A DNA stretch of 64,000 bases from a candidate division WWE3 bacterium CG08_land_8_20_14_0_20_40_13 (GCA_002774285.1 PEYT01000004.1:4345-68344), one strand, 5' to 3'. Shown: positions 49,860 to 60,355, counted from the stretch's first letter. Numbers and translations: made by a program. The notes: a model not told the origin generated them from the letters alone.

Positions 49860-50654
49860 ATGGAAAAAGTAGTAAAAGTTACAGCAACAGATAATCTCAA
49901 AGAATCAATTAAATCGGCTGTTGAAGGGCTTGGTGGGTTTAAGAAGTTTATCTCGGCTGGCGATGTGGTTTTTGTAAAACCAAACTGCAATACGACAGAT
50001 CCATTTCCCGCTTCCTCCGATCTCGAATTTTTAAAAGCCCTTACGGATCTTCTATATAAAAATGGCGCTAAGCTTGTGGCTATCGGCGATTCTTCCACAA
50101 TTACTTTAAATACCAGAAGGGTTATGGAACAAAAAGGACTTTTTAAACTTTTGGAAATGGAAGACCCTCCGCGGATTTGTGTTTTTGAAGAAGGAAAATG
50201 GATGGTAACAAAAATTAAAAATTCAAAGTTCAAATCTCAAGTATCCTTACCTGAAATTTTGACAAGGGTAGATAAGGTGATTTATGTACCGTGCTTAAAA
50301 ACTCACAAGCAGGCACGGTTTACAGGAGCGTTAAAATTATCCGTTGGCTTTGTAAAGCCTTTTGAGCGGATATCCATGCATTTAAAAAATTTAGAGGAGA
50401 AAGTTGCAGAAATAAATTCAGTTATAAAATGCGATTTGGTGATAATGGATGCAAGAAAGTGTTTTTTTAATGGCGGTCCAAGTGAGGGTGAAGTGCGGGA
50501 ACCAAATTTTATACTGGCTTCAAAGGGTCGTGTGGCAGTTGATATCGAGGGAATTAGAATAATTCAAGGTTTTAAGGGAAACTCGCTTTTGCATCTAAAA
50601 GATCCCAAAGATCTCCCTCAGATTAAAAGAGCTTTAGAAATGGGACTTAGTTGA
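49860..50654 (+). CDS. DUF362 family protein
   Basis: V.VKPN, GDSS, P.LKTH..A.FTGALK, D.VIMDA, VAVD. Confidence 0.85.
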   Translation: MEKVVKVTATDNLKESIKSAVEGLGGFKKFISAGDVVFVKPNCNTTDPFPASSDLEFLKALTDLLYKNGAKLVAIGDSSTITLNTRRVMEQKGLFKLLEMEDPPRICVFEEGKWMVTKIKNSKFKSQVSLPEILTRVDKVIYVPCLKTHKQARFTGALKLSVGFVKPFERISMHLKNLEEKVAEINSVIKCDLVIMDARKCFFNGGPSEGEVREPNFILASKGRVAVDIEGIRIIQGFKGNSLLHLKDPKDLPQIKRALEMGLS

Positions 50655-50699
50655 GAATGAAATCGGGTTCTACCTTTAAGGGTTTCACCCGAACCGTTT

Positions 50700-51419
50700 C
50701 TAAAGGCCTTTCGAATAAACATTGTTTAATGCAATTCCCACAGAAACTGCTAGGTTTAACGAATCAACTTTATCGGATTGCGGTATTTTTACTCGCGTTT
50801 TAAACCCCTTTTCAAGTTCTTCAAGACCGGATGATTCGTTTCCAAATACAAGGCTTGCGGGTTTTGCAAATTCGATTTTTGATAAATTTTCCGATCCAGT
50901 CGTTTGAAATGCGTAGAGGTTTCTTTCTGGAAAGAATTCTTTGTATTTTTTGAAACTTTCAAAAAGCTGAATGTTAAGACTAAATATCGCGCCCATAGAC
51001 GCTCTTATGGTCTCTGGTTTAAAAATATCTACAGCAGGAGTTATTATTGCAAGGTCAGAAAAATTAAATGCCAGCATTGACCGCGCTATCGTTCCCAGAT
51101 TTCCAGAATCTTTTGGATTAACTAAAACTATATGGTTACTCTGACCATCAAGAGACATAGTGTATTTTTTAAATACTCCAGCCACAAAGCAATTATCTTT
51201 AATGGAAATTTTTTGAATGAGTCTATCGTTTTGGTTAAGTTTTATTTTGTTTTCACCGGCTAATCTATGGATTATCTCAAAACCATTGCTACCTGATAAT
51301 TTTGAATGAGTAATTATTTTAATAACAGATGTTGGCCTGTTTTTAATAAGCTCAATTGTTGGATAGGACCCAAAGGTAAAAGAGTAGTCAAATTTTTTGT
51401 TGTACCTCGAAAATTCCAT
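50700..51419 (-). CDS. TrmH/SpoU family RNA methyltransferase
   Basis: GNLGTIARS, RASMGA, VFGNESSGL, IP...VDSLNLAVS. Confidence 0.9.
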   Translation of the reverse strand: MEFSRYNKKFDYSFTFGSYPTIELIKNRPTSVIKIITHSKLSGSNGFEIIHRLAGENKIKLNQNDRLIQKISIKDNCFVAGVFKKYTMSLDGQSNHIVLVNPKDSGNLGTIARSMLAFNFSDLAIITPAVDIFKPETIRASMGAIFSLNIQLFESFKKYKEFFPERNLYAFQTTGSENLSKIEFAKPASLVFGNESSGLEELEKGFKTRVKIPQSDKVDSLNLAVSVGIALNNVYSKGL

Positions 51420-51484
51420 AGTGACATTGTACCAAAGATGCGACATTTTGTAGTATGTGAATCTTAAATTGAGATCCTCCCTTT

Positions 51485-52171
51485 TTAATTTAAATCTTTT
51501 TTTGGAAGACGGGAGAGGAGGTGAGTGTACAAAAGAAGATTAGAAAGGACGGACAGGGGCACAGTCACAATTAATCCAACACCAAGTGCGAGAACTCCCA
51601 AGATATTAATCCCTAAAATAGCAAGACCAAAAAGAATAAGTTGCCATTTAATTCCTTGCGTCATTTTTCCGCTTAGATTAAAAGCCTCTTTTATTCCAAT
51701 TTCTTTATCAATAAAAAGCAACTCGCTAAAACTATATTTGATTGCCCAGTAAATTCCGGGAACGACAAGAAGGATAAATCCAAAAGCCACAAGAAGCCCG
51801 TACAGAAAAGATACAGCAAAGTACCTAAGAAGATATTTAACAGTTAATTGGGGGAAAATTGTCTTCCACGAAAGTTTCTTCTCGCCTCGGACCAACGACA
51901 AAAGAGTCCGCATAAAGCCGATTTGAATAATACAGGATAGATAAATAGAAATTAAGACAAAACCGAATGACCAAAATCCAAAAAGGACTTTGCTTCCAAC
52001 ATTTCCGCTTTTGCTCACCTCTTCAACAATATTGGAGATAACGCTTAACCCAAATTGGATTCCGATAAGTATTAAGAAGAACTTAATAAGAAATTTCCAA
52101 TTGGTCTTTAAAAGAATCCACGAATATGAAATTGTCTTTTTGACCTGTATTTTACGGTTTTTTGTGATTAT
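51485..52171 (-). CDS. Integral membrane protein (DUF975-like); start codon uncertain
   Basis: LLVVPGIY.AIKYSF, S..MT.G.KW, G.LALGVGL..TVP; open frame extends ~51 codons upstream of the track's GTG with no ATG. Confidence 0.65.
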   Translation of the reverse strand: MITKNRKIQVKKTISYSWILLKTNWKFLIKFFLILIGIQFGLSVISNIVEEVSKSGNVGSKVLFGFWSFGFVLISIYLSCIIQIGFMRTLLSLVRGEKKLSWKTIFPQLTVKYLLRYFAVSFLYGLLVAFGFILLVVPGIYWAIKYSFSELLFIDKEIGIKEAFNLSGKMTQGIKWQLILFGLAILGINILGVLALGVGLIVTVPLSVLSNLLLYTHLLSRLPKKDLN

Positions 52172-52251
52172 GTCCTTGCATTATAATGCCATATCTGATA
52201 ATAATGCAATACCCCTTTAAGGGAGTTTTTTATAACAAGATTTAGAGAAGA

Positions 52252-52339
52252 CCACGGGCTTGCCCGTGGATAAATTTTCCAATAAATTTCTTTCGCCAAA
52301 GGCGAAAGGCGTTATATAGTACCACGCGTTCGCGTGTGG
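52252..52339. repeat. Cluster of three short GC hairpins upstream of fusA
   Basis: CCACGGGCTTGCCCGTGG; TTTCGCCAAAGGCGAAA (inverted copy at 61066-61082); CCACGCGTTCGCGTGTGG. Confidence 0.7.
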
Positions 52340-52357
52340 GAGTCTATTGCATATAGT

Positions 52358-54466
52358 ATGGAAGACAAAGAATTTGGAGAAATTCCATTAGACAGAATTA
52401 GAAATATTGGTATTATTGCTCATATTGACGCCGGAAAAACTACAACTACCGAGGCGGTGCTTTTTCATACCGGAAAAACTCATAAAATTGGAAAAATTGA
52501 CGCCGGTGATACGCAGATGGATTGGATGGAGCAGGAAAGAGAAAGAGGAATTACAATAACTTCTGCCGCGACCACTTGTTTTTGGCGCCGCCGTTTTGGT
52601 TCATATCACGAGGTTTTTCGTATTAATATCATAGATACCCCGGGTCATGTTGATTTTACCGCAGAAGTGGAGCGGTCATTACGCGTTTTAGATGGCGCGG
52701 TTGTAGTATTTGATGGAAAAATGGGAGTAGAGCCACAATCCGAAACAGTGTGGCGCCAAGCCAATAAATATCGTGTGCCAAGAATTTGTTTTATTAATAA
52801 AATAAACCAGATCGGTGGAGATTTTAATAAAAGTCTGGCTTCAATAAGAGATCGCTTAAGCCCCAAAGCTTTTCCGATAGTTTTGCCTATCGGTTTTGAA
52901 AAGGATCTTCATGGATTAATAGACCTTACTCGGATGAAGGCATATACATACAAAGACTATCTTCAGGACGATCTTGAAGAAGAGGATATTTCGGAAGATT
53001 TAATGGAAATAGCTAAAAAAGCTAGATTGGAAATGATAGAAACAATTGCCGAATTTGACGACGCGGTTTTAGAGAAATTTTTAAATGGTCAAGAAATAAA
53101 TAATGAAGAAGTATTAAGAACTCTTAGAAAAGCAACTTTGTCCGGTCAGGTTTATCCGGTTTTTGGAGGAGATGGTCGTGGTGTTATTGTCAAAGCTCTT
53201 CTGGATTTTGTTGTAAACATTCTTCCTTCACCACTGGATCTTCCGCCTGTAAAGGGAATTAATCAAAAAACAGGGGCGGAAGAAATTAGGAAACCGGAAA
53301 CTAACGAGCAGTTTTCGGCGCTTGCTTTTAAAGTGCAAACGGATCCTTATGTAGGCCGCTTAACTTTTTTTAGAGTTTATTCCGGAACATTGCAATCGGG
53401 ATCTTATGTACTTAATGCAACAAGAGGGGAACGGGAAAGATTTAGCCGTATTGTTTTAATGCATGCAAATAACCGCGAGGATGTAACGCAGGTAAAGGCT
53501 GGGGAAATTGCCGCTGTAGTTGGACTTAAAAATACTTTTACCGGAGATTCCATCTGTAACGAAGAACACCCAATTCTACTTGAAGCGATCTCTTTTCCGG
53601 AACCAGTTATCTCTATGTCTATCGAACCAAAAACTAAACAAGATCAGGAAAAAATGGGGATGGCGCTTAAAAAGCTTTCGGAAGAAGATCCTACCTTTAA
53701 AATAAAATCAAATGCCGAAACCGGACAAACGCTTATTGCCGGAATGGGCGAGCTTCATCTTGAGATATTAGTTGATAGGATGAAAAGAGAATTTAAAGTA
53801 GAGGCCGCTACAGGCGCTCCGCAGGTGGCTTACAAAGAAACTATCAAAAAGACCGTGGAACAGGAAGGAAAATATATCAGACAATCCGGAGGTCGTGGTC
53901 AGTATGGTCATGTATGGTTAAGGCTGGAACCTAGAAATCCCGGAGAAGGTTTTATATTTGAAGACGAAATTGTTGGCGGATCCATTCCAAAGGAGTATAT
54001 TCCAGCCGTGGAAAAAGGAGTAAAAGAGGCTTTGGAAAGTGGTGTAATTGCAGGTTACCCGGTAATTGATGTGCTGGTTGCGCTTTATGACGGATCTTTT
54101 CATGAAGTCGACTCATCGGAAATTGCTTTTAAAATTGCCGCGATAGAAGCTTTTAAAGATGGGGCGCGGAGGGCAGATCCGGTGTTACAGGAGCCTATTA
54201 TGAAAGTGGAAGTAACGGTTCCGGATCAGTTTATGGGAGATGTCATTGGCGATTTAAGCTCAAAGCGTGGTAGAATAGAAGGAACTGAAAGCAAAGCAAA
54301 TCTAACTGTGATAAAATCCCTCGTGCCGCTCGCGGAGCTTTTTGGGTATTCCACGATTTTACGGAGTATTACACAGGGGCGGGGAAGCTTTAATATGGAG
54401 CCAAGTCACTATCAGGAGGTTCCGGGAAATGTTGCTTTAAAGATAGCAGAAGGAAGGAAAAAGTAA
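52358..54466 (+). CDS. fusA: Elongation factor G
   Basis: [41 protein letters not shown]. Confidence 0.97.
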   Translation: MEDKEFGEIPLDRIRNIGIIAHIDAGKTTTTEAVLFHTGKTHKIGKIDAGDTQMDWMEQERERGITITSAATTCFWRRRFGSYHEVFRINIIDTPGHVDFTAEVERSLRVLDGAVVVFDGKMGVEPQSETVWRQANKYRVPRICFINKINQIGGDFNKSLASIRDRLSPKAFPIVLPIGFEKDLHGLIDLTRMKAYTYKDYLQDDLEEEDISEDLMEIAKKARLEMIETIAEFDDAVLEKFLNGQEINNEEVLRTLRKATLSGQVYPVFGGDGRGVIVKALLDFVVNILPSPLDLPPVKGINQKTGAEEIRKPETNEQFSALAFKVQTDPYVGRLTFFRVYSGTLQSGSYVLNATRGERERFSRIVLMHANNREDVTQVKAGEIAAVVGLKNTFTGDSICNEEHPILLEAISFPEPVISMSIEPKTKQDQEKMGMALKKLSEEDPTFKIKSNAETGQTLIAGMGELHLEILVDRMKREFKVEAATGAPQVAYKETIKKTVEQEGKYIRQSGGRGQYGHVWLRLEPRNPGEGFIFEDEIVGGSIPKEYIPAVEKGVKEALESGVIAGYPVIDVLVALYDGSFHEVDSSEIAFKIAAIEAFKDGARRADPVLQEPIMKVEVTVPDQFMGDVIGDLSSKRGRIEGTESKANLTVIKSLVPLAELFGYSTILRSITQGRGSFNMEPSHYQEVPGNVALKIAEGRKK

Positions 54467-54574
54467 TCTACTTATTATAAGTTTTTAGTAAAAAGTTTTT
54501 GTGTTTTTTGTTTCAAGGGTCGATGTTCGCAATGACGCGCGTAAACACCGATTTTTGAACAAGATCTAAAAAAT

Positions 54575-55768
54575 ATGGCGGAATTTCAAAGAACAAAACC
54601 GCATGTAAATATTGGAACAATTGGTCATGTTGACCACGGGAAGACTACTCTTACCGCGGCAATAACCAAGGTCCTTTCTTCAAAAGGCCTTTCTCAATTT
54701 TATGCCTATGATCAAATTGATAAGGCACCCGAAGAAAAAGCCCGTGGAATTACTATTAATATTACCCATGTGGAATACGAGACCGAAAAAAGACACTACG
54801 CCCACATTGATGCTCCCGGTCACAGAGACTACATCAAAAACATGATTACCGGAGCCGCACAAATGGACGGAGCTATTTTGGTTGTGGCCGCAACAGATGG
54901 AGCAATGCCACAAACCAGAGAGCATGTTCTTTTGGCGCGTCAAGTTAATGTTCCGGCTCTTGTTGTATTTTTAAACAAAGTAGACGCATTGCCGGGATCC
55001 GACGCCGAAAAGAACGAAATGTGCGATCTTGTTGAAATGGAACTTAGGGACATGCTTAAAAAGTTTGAGTACCCCGGAGACGAAATTCCTATAATTCGCG
55101 GCTCCGCACTAAAAGCTTTAGAAGGGGATGCAACTTCCGTAAAGGCAATAGAAGATCTAATGAAAGCCGTTGATGACTATATTCCAACCCCTAAGCGCGA
55201 TCTGGACAAGCCCTTCTTGATGCCAATTGAGGATGTGTTTAGCATAAAGGGTCGTGGTACTGTTGTTACAGGAAGAATTGATCGCGGTATTGTAAAAGTA
55301 AATGACGAGGTAGAAATTGTTGGTATAAAAGCCACATCAAAAACCGTGGTTACTGGTGTGGAGATGTTTAAGAAATCCCTTAACGAAGGGCAGGCCGGAG
55401 ACAATGTTGGTATTCTCTTAAGAGGTGTGGAAAGAGATGGCGTAGAACGCGGGCAGGTTTTGGCAAAGCCCGGATCCATTACTCCTCACACAGAGTTTGA
55501 GGCCGGTGTTTATGTCCTCTCCAAAGAAGAAGGTGGAAGGCATACACCGTTCTTTACCGGATATAAACCGCAATTTTACATCCGAACTACCGATGTTACA
55601 GGAGAGACCGCGCTTCCAGAGGGTGTCGAAATGGCTATGCCTGGTGATAATGTAAAGCTTGTTATTAAACTTATTACTCCAGTTGCTATGGAAGAAGGTA
55701 TAAGATTTGCTATTCGTGAAGGCGGTCAAACAGTTGGAGCAGGAGTGGTTTCTAAGGTTATTAAGTGA
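54575..55768 (+). CDS. tuf: Elongation factor Tu
   Basis: [26 protein letters not shown]. Confidence 0.98.
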   Translation: MAEFQRTKPHVNIGTIGHVDHGKTTLTAAITKVLSSKGLSQFYAYDQIDKAPEEKARGITINITHVEYETEKRHYAHIDAPGHRDYIKNMITGAAQMDGAILVVAATDGAMPQTREHVLLARQVNVPALVVFLNKVDALPGSDAEKNEMCDLVEMELRDMLKKFEYPGDEIPIIRGSALKALEGDATSVKAIEDLMKAVDDYIPTPKRDLDKPFLMPIEDVFSIKGRGTVVTGRIDRGIVKVNDEVEIVGIKATSKTVVTGVEMFKKSLNEGQAGDNVGILLRGVERDGVERGQVLAKPGSITPHTEFEAGVYVLSKEEGGRHTPFFTGYKPQFYIRTTDVTGETALPEGVEMAMPGDNVKLVIKLITPVAMEEGIRFAIREGGQTVGAGVVSKVIK

Positions 55769-55786
55769 TAAGAGGTTATAGTTAAC

Positions 55787-55816
55787 GCGCGGGCTGTCGG
55801 CCCGCGCAAGTTTTTT
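55787..55816 (+). terminator. GC hairpin + T6 between tuf and rpsJ
   Basis: GCGCGGGC-TGTCG-GCCCGCGC-AAG-TTTTTT, 3 nt before rpsJ ATG. Confidence 0.6.
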
Positions 55817-55819
55817 GTC

Positions 55820-56128
55820 ATGTCAAAAGGAAGAATAAGAGTAAAACTAAAATCGTACGATAGCCGAGTAGTTGATCAAAGCGCTACTAAGATTGTCGAT
55901 ACCGCAATAAGAACAGGCGCTAAAGTTTCTGGTCCTGTTCCTATGCCTACAAAAAGAGAGCGGATTACGGTACTGCGCGGTCCTCACATTGACGCTAGGT
56001 CTAGAGAACATTTTGATGTAAGAACACATGTACGGATTATTGATATTGACAACCCGACTCTAAGCACTATGGATCAGTTGTCTCATTTAACTCTCCCTGC
56101 CGGTGTCGGAATAGAGATAAAAGCGTAG
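55820..56128 (+). CDS. rpsJ: 30S ribosomal protein uS10
   Basis: IRVKLKSYD, GPVPMPT, SREHF. Confidence 0.97.
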   Translation: MSKGRIRVKLKSYDSRVVDQSATKIVDTAIRTGAKVSGPVPMPTKRERITVLRGPHIDARSREHFDVRTHVRIIDIDNPTLSTMDQLSHLTLPAGVGIEIKA

Positions 56129-56148
56129 GTCCCACCCCTTTTAAAAAT

Positions 56149-56580
56149 ATGAAGCAAATTAAAGGAATTAAAAAAGAAATGGGAAGTTTTTTTGATACGG
56201 CCGGAAATGTGGTTTCGTGTACCACTGTTTCCGTTTCGGTATGGCCGGAGTTTGAAATAGTGGAAGGAACCAAAGTAAAAATAGTTGGAAAATCAAAAGG
56301 ACGGGGTTTTACTGGTGTTATGAAAAGATACGGACATAAAGGCGGCCCTGCTACACACGGACAATCAGATAGGCAACGAGCGATAGGTTCAACAGGACCT
56401 TCCACTCCGGGAAGGGTTTTTAAAGGTCTTAAAATGCCGGGGCGGTTTGGAGGAACACAGGTAACCGTGCTAGGTTCCAAAATTGTTGCAATGGACAAAG
56501 AGGCAGGTATAGTAAAAGTTTTGGGTGGAATCCCTGGGGCTTTTAATAGCAAAGTTTTGTTAAAAATATATGAGTCTTAG
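56149..56580 (+). CDS. rplC: 50S ribosomal protein uL3 (internally shortened)
   Basis: SKGRGFTGVMKR, THGQS, PGRVFKG.KMPG; synteny. Confidence 0.93.
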   Translation: MKQIKGIKKEMGSFFDTAGNVVSCTTVSVSVWPEFEIVEGTKVKIVGKSKGRGFTGVMKRYGHKGGPATHGQSDRQRAIGSTGPSTPGRVFKGLKMPGRFGGTQVTVLGSKIVAMDKEAGIVKVLGGIPGAFNSKVLLKIYES

Positions 56581-57214
56581 GGTTGATGTTATAAATACAA
56601 AAGGGGAAAAAGTGGGGGATCTTACTCTCCCCAAAGAGGTTTTTGGTGTAATACCTAACGAAACCGTTGTTTCGCAATATATTAGAGTTTATTTGACAAA
56701 TCAAACTCAGGGAACGCATAAAACAAAAACAAAAAGTGAGGTATCTGGGGGTGGTCGTAAACCTTATGCTCAAAAACACACTGGTAGGGCGCGTCGCGGT
56801 TCTACCAGATCTCCGGTTGTAGTGGGTGGTGGTGTTTCTCATGGACCGCTCCCTTTTACCAAAAGGTTAAAGGTTACAAAATCACAAAGAAAAGCGGCGT
56901 TGGCTTCGGTGCTTTCCGCCAAGGCCATAAGTCACGATATTATGGTGTTGGATAATCTAGGACTTACTAAATTTAAAACTTCCGCAATGCGAAGCGTTGT
57001 ATTGGATATAAAAGCCAAAGAGAAAAATCTGTTTATTCTGGATACCAAAAAAAGCAAAGACGAGACAAAGTTTGCATTAATTTCTTCTCGGAACATCCCG
57101 GGGGTAAAAGTGGTTGGCGTAAAAAATGTTAACACCTACGACATCTTAAACGCGCAGAGTGTAATTTTTGAAAAAGAGGCGGTGGGTCAGCTTAAAGAGA
57201 TGTTTACGGCTTAA
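56570..57214 (+). CDS. rplD: 50S ribosomal protein uL4
   Basis: VSGGGRKPYAQKHTGRAR. Confidence 0.96.
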   Translation: MSLRVDVINTKGEKVGDLTLPKEVFGVIPNETVVSQYIRVYLTNQTQGTHKTKTKSEVSGGGRKPYAQKHTGRARRGSTRSPVVVGGGVSHGPLPFTKRLKVTKSQRKAALASVLSAKAISHDIMVLDNLGLTKFKTSAMRSVVLDIKAKEKNLFILDTKKSKDETKFALISSRNIPGVKVVGVKNVNTYDILNAQSVIFEKEAVGQLKEMFTA

Positions 57215-57216
57215 TT

Positions 57217-57534
57217 ATGAATACTATACTCATAAAACCAATTATCACAGAGAAATCGATGAGGCTTGCAAAGACTGGAGTATTTTGTTTTTTTGTGGCA
57301 AACAAGGCTACTAAAGGGGCAGTTTCTGACGCTATTCACACACAATTTGGAGTAGATGTTACAGAAGTCAGGACTTCTAAAACATACCCAAAAATAAAAA
57401 GAAGCATGACCAAAACCAAAAGATCGTTTAAGACGGCGCCTTACAAGAAAGCGCTCGTTATGATTAAAAAAGGACAAAAAATACCATTATTTGAACTTGG
57501 AGAGGACAAAGAGTCCAAGGCAAAAAAGAGTTAA
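57217..57534 (+). CDS. rplW: 50S ribosomal protein uL23
   Basis: KPIITEKS, KKA; synteny. Confidence 0.95.
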   Translation: MNTILIKPIITEKSMRLAKTGVFCFFVANKATKGAVSDAIHTQFGVDVTEVRTSKTYPKIKRSMTKTKRSFKTAPYKKALVMIKKGQKIPLFELGEDKESKAKKS

Positions 57535-57540
57535 TTTGCT

Positions 57541-58368
57541 ATGCCACTCATAAAACACCGTCCCTCAACGGCGGGTCTTAGAGGGAAAATTAGTTTTAAG
57601 AAAAAATACGCTAAAAGACAAAAGGTGCGTGGACTTATTGTTTCGCAAAAAGGCCCGGTTGCAAGATCTCGTGGGACGGTTAGTATGCGGCATCGCTCTA
57701 GGGGAGTAAAAAAATCCTATCGCGTAATTGACTTTAAAAGAGACAAATACGATATCGTGGGTAAGGTCGCAGGGATTGAATACGATCCAAATCGCGGTTC
57801 GTCCATTGCGCTTATTTTTTACAAAGATGGCGAAAAACGCTATATTTTGCACCCTAAGGGCTTGGAAATTGGGGATTTTGTGGTATCATCCAGAGGCGTT
57901 GTGGATCCAAAACCGGGAAATTCCGGTCCCCTTTCCAATTTGCCCCTTGGAGTTCAAGTTCATAATGTGGAATTACATCCGGGGCGCGGTGGAGAAATTG
58001 CGCGGGGAGCAGGAAACTTTGCTCTTATTACAGCAAAAGAAGGGAAATACTGTACGCTGAAACTTCCAAGTGGGGAGATTAAAAAATTGCAAGCGCATTG
58101 TCTTGCTACTGTTGGGGTATTGGATAACGAAGAGATAAAAAATATTAGCTATGGCAAGGCTGGAATTAAAAAATATTTAGGAAGAAGATCCAAAGTTCGT
58201 GGGGTAGCATACGGAAATCCAAGATCGCACCCACATGGTGGAAGTTACAAGACTTCCGGAGTGGGAAGAAAATCTCCGGTTTCTCCATGGGGACAGCCGG
58301 CGAAGGGATTTAAAACCAGAAGGCGTACGCACACCAATAAATACATTATTGAGCGGAGGAAAAAGTAA
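57541..58368 (+). CDS. rplB: 50S ribosomal protein uL2
   Basis: YRVIDFKR, IEYDPNR, HPHGG, SPWG. Confidence 0.97.
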   Translation: MPLIKHRPSTAGLRGKISFKKKYAKRQKVRGLIVSQKGPVARSRGTVSMRHRSRGVKKSYRVIDFKRDKYDIVGKVAGIEYDPNRGSSIALIFYKDGEKRYILHPKGLEIGDFVVSSRGVVDPKPGNSGPLSNLPLGVQVHNVELHPGRGGEIARGAGNFALITAKEGKYCTLKLPSGEIKKLQAHCLATVGVLDNEEIKNISYGKAGIKKYLGRRSKVRGVAYGNPRSHPHGGSYKTSGVGRKSPVSPWGQPAKGFKTRRRTHTNKYIIERRKK

Positions 58369-58374
58369 CAAATT

Positions 58375-58731
58375 ATGAGCAGATCACAAAAAAAAGGACC
58401 ATATGTGGATCCAAAATTAGAAAAAAAAGTAAAAGCTTTACGATCAAGTACAGCAAACCGTCAGATAAAGACATGGAGTAGACGATCTACTATTAGCCCG
58501 GAAATGGTGGGATTTACTTTTGAAGTGCATAACGGAAAGATATTTATTCCCGTATTTGTTACGGAAAGCATGGTAGGGCATAAACTTGGGGAATTTTCTC
58601 CAACCCGGACCTTTAGAGCGCACAGCAAAAAAGGATTAAAGAAAGAGGGAAGCGCGGATGCCCTCGCAAAGGCAACCGTTCCAACAGCACCCGCAACGCC
58701 TACTAAAGGATCTCAGCCTAAAGGTAAATAA
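58375..58731 (+). CDS. rpsS: 30S ribosomal protein uS19
   Basis: [20 protein letters not shown]. Confidence 0.97.
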   Translation: MSRSQKKGPYVDPKLEKKVKALRSSTANRQIKTWSRRSTISPEMVGFTFEVHNGKIFIPVFVTESMVGHKLGEFSPTRTFRAHSKKGLKKEGSADALAKATVPTAPATPTKGSQPKGK

Positions 58732-58733
58732 TT

Positions 58734-59114
58734 ATGAATGACGCAAAAGACAGTAAAAATAAAGATAGTAAAGATAAGATTATTACGGCGCGGCTTATGG
58801 GGGTTCGTACCGCCCCAAGGAAGGTTAGTCTTGTCGCAGATAGTATTCGGGGGATAGAGACTGGCGAGGCGGAAAGGCGGCTAAATTTTATGGTAAAAAG
58901 GTTTTCCGTTCCCATTTTAAAACTGTTAAAATCGGCCGTTTCTTCGGCAAGAAGTAAAGGTATTGGAGGACAATTAAAGATTTCAGAAATTCAGGTTGGG
59001 AAGGGGCAAACGCTTAAAAGATTTAGGGCGGGATCGCGCGGTTCGCCAAGATCAATATTAAAATACACATCAAATATTAAGCTTTCGTTAAAGGAATATG
59101 GGACAAAAGACTAA
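58734..59114 (+). CDS. rplV: 50S ribosomal protein uL22
   Basis: PRKV.LVAD.IRG, KLLKSA; synteny. Confidence 0.95.
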   Translation: MNDAKDSKNKDSKDKIITARLMGVRTAPRKVSLVADSIRGIETGEAERRLNFMVKRFSVPILKLLKSAVSSARSKGIGGQLKISEIQVGKGQTLKRFRAGSRGSPRSILKYTSNIKLSLKEYGTKD

Positions 59115-59736
59115 TCCTACCGGAATGAGGGTGGGAATATACAAAAATTGGAGTTCTTTGTGGTTCGGCGGAAAGCGCGAAATTCCAAGGTATGTCGTAG
59201 AAGATAAAAAAATAAAGGATTTTCTAATGACTAGGCTTGCTCCTGCCGGAATTGAAAAGGCAATTTTGGAAAGGTCGTTTGGCAATATTAAAATTACAGT
59301 TTTAATTTCTAGACCCGGCGTTGTTATAGGAAAAGGTGGGGCAGGTATAGCCTCTTTAAGAGAGGAGTTAAAAACATATACTCTTTCCAAAATCGATTTG
59401 GCAGTTGAGGAAATTAAGGAATTGGAGAAATCAGCGTATCTTACCGCTCGTGGCATTGCGGATCAGATAGAAAGACGAATTCCTTATAAAAGGGCGGTTA
59501 ACTCTGCTTTGCAAAAGGCGGTAGAAAGAAATGTTAAGGGGATAAAAATCGAAGTCTCGGGACTTTTGGGCGGAGCGTCGAGTATCGGAAGAGTGGAAAA
59601 ATTTGCTAGAGGGTCAATTCCAACACAGACTTTAAGAATAGATATAGATTATGCAGTTATAGAAACAAAGCCAAAATACGGGAGTATTGGAATTAAAGTT
59701 TGGATTAACAAGGGTGGGTTTGAGTCTGGAAAGTAA
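59098..59736 (+). CDS. rpsC: 30S ribosomal protein uS3
   Basis: MGQKTNP, RPGVVIGKGG, GIKVWI. Confidence 0.97.
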   Translation: MGQKTNPTGMRVGIYKNWSSLWFGGKREIPRYVVEDKKIKDFLMTRLAPAGIEKAILERSFGNIKITVLISRPGVVIGKGGAGIASLREELKTYTLSKIDLAVEEIKELEKSAYLTARGIADQIERRIPYKRAVNSALQKAVERNVKGIKIEVSGLLGGASSIGRVEKFARGSIPTQTLRIDIDYAVIETKPKYGSIGIKVWINKGGFESGK

Positions 59737-59743
59737 AAAACCT

Positions 59744-60148
59744 ATGCTAATGCCAAAGAGAATGAAATACAGAAGGTCACACAAGATTCCAATGAAGGGT
59801 CTAAGTATCCGCGGCAGTGTGGTTGATTTTGGCGATTTTGGAATTAAAGCGATGGAGAGGGGATTTTTAACTTCAAGACAAATAGAGGCGGCCCGGAAAG
59901 CTATTACGCATTTTACAAAAAGAAACGGAAGATTGTGGATTAGAATTTTCCCAGATAAATCCGTAACAAAGAAACCTGCCGAGACAAGAATGGGTGGGGG
60001 TAAGGGCCTAGTGGATCATTTTTCTGCCTTGGTTCGTCCCGGTAAAGTTCTTTTTGAAATTTCTGGAGTTTCCGAGATTGTTGCAAAACAGGCATTGGGC
60101 CGTGCGGCAAGAAAGCTTCCTTTAAAAAGTTCTTTTGTTAAAGCTTAA
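59744..60148 (+). CDS. rplP: 50S ribosomal protein uL16
   Basis: MLMPKR.KYR, QIEAAR, RMGGGKG. Confidence 0.96.
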   Translation: MLMPKRMKYRRSHKIPMKGLSIRGSVVDFGDFGIKAMERGFLTSRQIEAARKAITHFTKRNGRLWIRIFPDKSVTKKPAETRMGGGKGLVDHFSALVRPGKVLFEISGVSEIVAKQALGRAARKLPLKSSFVKA

Positions 60149-60154
60149 CAATTT

Positions 60155-60355
60155 ATGGCGACAATAAGAGAGTACCGTGAAAAAAATGATGATATCTTAA
60201 CCGGAGATTTTAAAGCACTTGCCAAAAAGCTTCAGGATGCCAAATTTTCTCTTAATATGGGAAAGCTTAAGGACTTATCTCAGCTTTCAAAAATAAAAAA
60301 AGAAATGGCGCAGATACAAACAATTATAAGTGAAAGAAGAATTCTTAAAGGTTAA
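60155..60355 (+). CDS. rpmC: 50S ribosomal protein uL29
   Basis: 66-aa helical protein, IKKEMA.I.T; synteny. Confidence 0.9.
   Translation: MATIREYREKNDDILTGDFKALAKKLQDAKFSLNMGKLKDLSQLSKIKKEMAQIQTIISERRILKG

Noticed and set aside
52252-52269. IS200/IS605 element end
   Set aside because: The hairpin resembles such ends, but no tnpA/tnpB or partner end is in the window; kept only as a repeat
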